The notes under the pieces are model-generated. The model ran no database searches and was not told the origin of the DNA. It saw only the letters and a program-made list of their open reading frames with translations. A stretch of 32,000 nt of DNA from Wallemia ichthyophaga EXF-994 (Eukaryota > Fungi > Basidiomycota): positions 232,592-264,591 of the forward strand of contig NW_008806278.1 in the NCBI RefSeq assembly GCF_000400465.1, written 5' to 3'. Every line of letters starts with the position of its first letter. Position 1 is the first letter of the stretch. Shown here in pieces: positions 30,649 to 32,000 of this stretch. The position numbers and the translations under genes were made by a program.

Positions 30649-32000
30649 ATGACAACGTCTAACGAAGATTTAAATCCATTCAACCAGACCGATGAATTGG
30701 ATGACTACAATGAGGAATACGATTCAAATAAATTTACAGCTCCGTTCACTCCTGACCAGCTCGCGCCTAAATCGACTACGCACGATAACGTGAATATCCA
30801 GGTGAGATTTCCTGGCTTATACGTGGCTTATCTGATTTGTTGTAGATTATAGACGCAGTGAGATCCAATGAGGGCGCTAAAGCATCATATATCACTTATA
30901 TTATTCAATCTGATGTAAGTGTCAGCCTCCGTCTATGGCTCGCAAACTCAATTCCCTGCAGTCTCAGCAAGTCGCAAGAAGATATTCCGAATTCGAATCA
31001 TTGCGCCATGTCCTTGGAAGGCTCTACCCTACGCTCATCATACCACCTATACCTTCAAAGCACTCAATCGGTGAATACGCCAACAAATCAAAAGAAGAGA
31101 CTAAAATAGTCACGGCCAGGAAGACAACACTGCAGGATTTCTTGTCACGTATCGCAAAACACCCGATTCTTGGCAGAGAACACTTCTTCCACAAGTTCTT
31201 ATCTGCAGAGATATCCTGGAAACACGTTCTTAACAGTCCTCCTATTTCTAAATTGCCTAGAAACCCCTTACACGTTTCTTCAAACGATCCCACAAATGAC
31301 AAGAACGTTGCTGCATATGCGTCATTACCCACACCTTCCCCTTCTCAGCCACTAAGAAGACCTGATCAAAGGTTTCTCGATAGTGAAATGTTCACCGCAA
31401 AGTTTGCTCAGCATTTTGAGAGCTCTTTGGAGAGGGTTGATAGACGAACGACCAAGAGGTGGTCTGGTGAGTTTCTCTCGGAGATTCGGCTAATTTGCTC
31501 ACACTTTTAGGTATCGCCAATGATTATGCCGAATTGGGAGCCGTCTTCAATGGCTTTGGTCTGACTGAGTCAGATACACTGGCTGCTGCTTTAGAAAAGA
31601 TTGGTCAAGCTGTTGATTCGACGTACATATCTACAAACGCAATGGTATGTCATGGTTATTGAGGTCTCGATGGACATACTGACAGAGCTGAAGCTTCAAG
31701 CTTGGGAGAAGGACTTCTCAAAGCCAATACACATTTATAGTCAATTTGCTCATATCATCAAAAAGCTGTTGGAATACAGACATCAAAAGCATGCGCAGCA
31801 TGAAATGCTTATCGATGCACTGGGTGCTAAACGCGAGCATCTCGTTGAGCTAGAAAGATCTGAACAAGAGGCACAAAGATTAGACGCAGCCTTGTCTAAA
31901 GGGCTCTCATCTACGAAATTACTGGATGAACCGCAACAAGATCAAGAGCAATTACAAGACAACAACAACAATGAAAATAGTCCAAATGAGCAAGAAGATA
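30649..32000 (+). CDS. SNX41: PX-BAR sorting nexin, Snx41/Atg20-like (3' end beyond window)
   Basis: PX motif RRYSEFESLR...LYPTLIIPPIPSKHS, FLSRIAKHPIL, then RFLDSEMFT, ELGAVFNGFGLTE, LEKIGQAVDSTY, typical of the Snx41/42 BAR region. Confidence 0.85.

Overview
Eukaryotic genomic DNA from a very compact, intron-rich fungus. Introns are mostly 42-55 nt GT-AG with CTRAC-type branch sites, and the proteins look basidiomycete-like. A Wallemia-type genome is my inference, not something the sequence proves. Splicing by hand gives about 19 protein-coding genes: Med1-like (partial), RACK1/ASC1, DUF1748, two tandem RTA1-like paralogs, a DUF4449 protein, phosphomannomutase SEC53, an MFS sugar porter, an F-box protein, HRD1, AIM41/Yqey, a HEATR6/DUF4042-like protein, MRPL44/mL53, a TPT-family transporter, POL31, a secreted GH128 glucanase, CEG1, a DJP1-like J-protein and a SNX41-like sorting nexin (partial). 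There is also a candidate novel small gene and an intronic U24 box C/D snoRNA. The most unusual element is the GH128 N-terminus: both predicted processing events (signal peptidase, Kex2) would expose an X-X-His (ATCUN-type) N-terminus, followed by a tract with 20 His in 43 residues built from a 12-bp tandem repeat. Other highlights are an unannotated spliced ~55-aa gene, four head-to-head gene pairs with only 34-43 bp between ATGs, an 18-nt convergent CDS overlap, an apparent 1-nt intron slide between RTA1 paralogs, and 7-10 nt micro-exons. I found no mobile elements, CRISPR arrays, tRNA or rRNA. Exon models are manual and not checked against transcripts.
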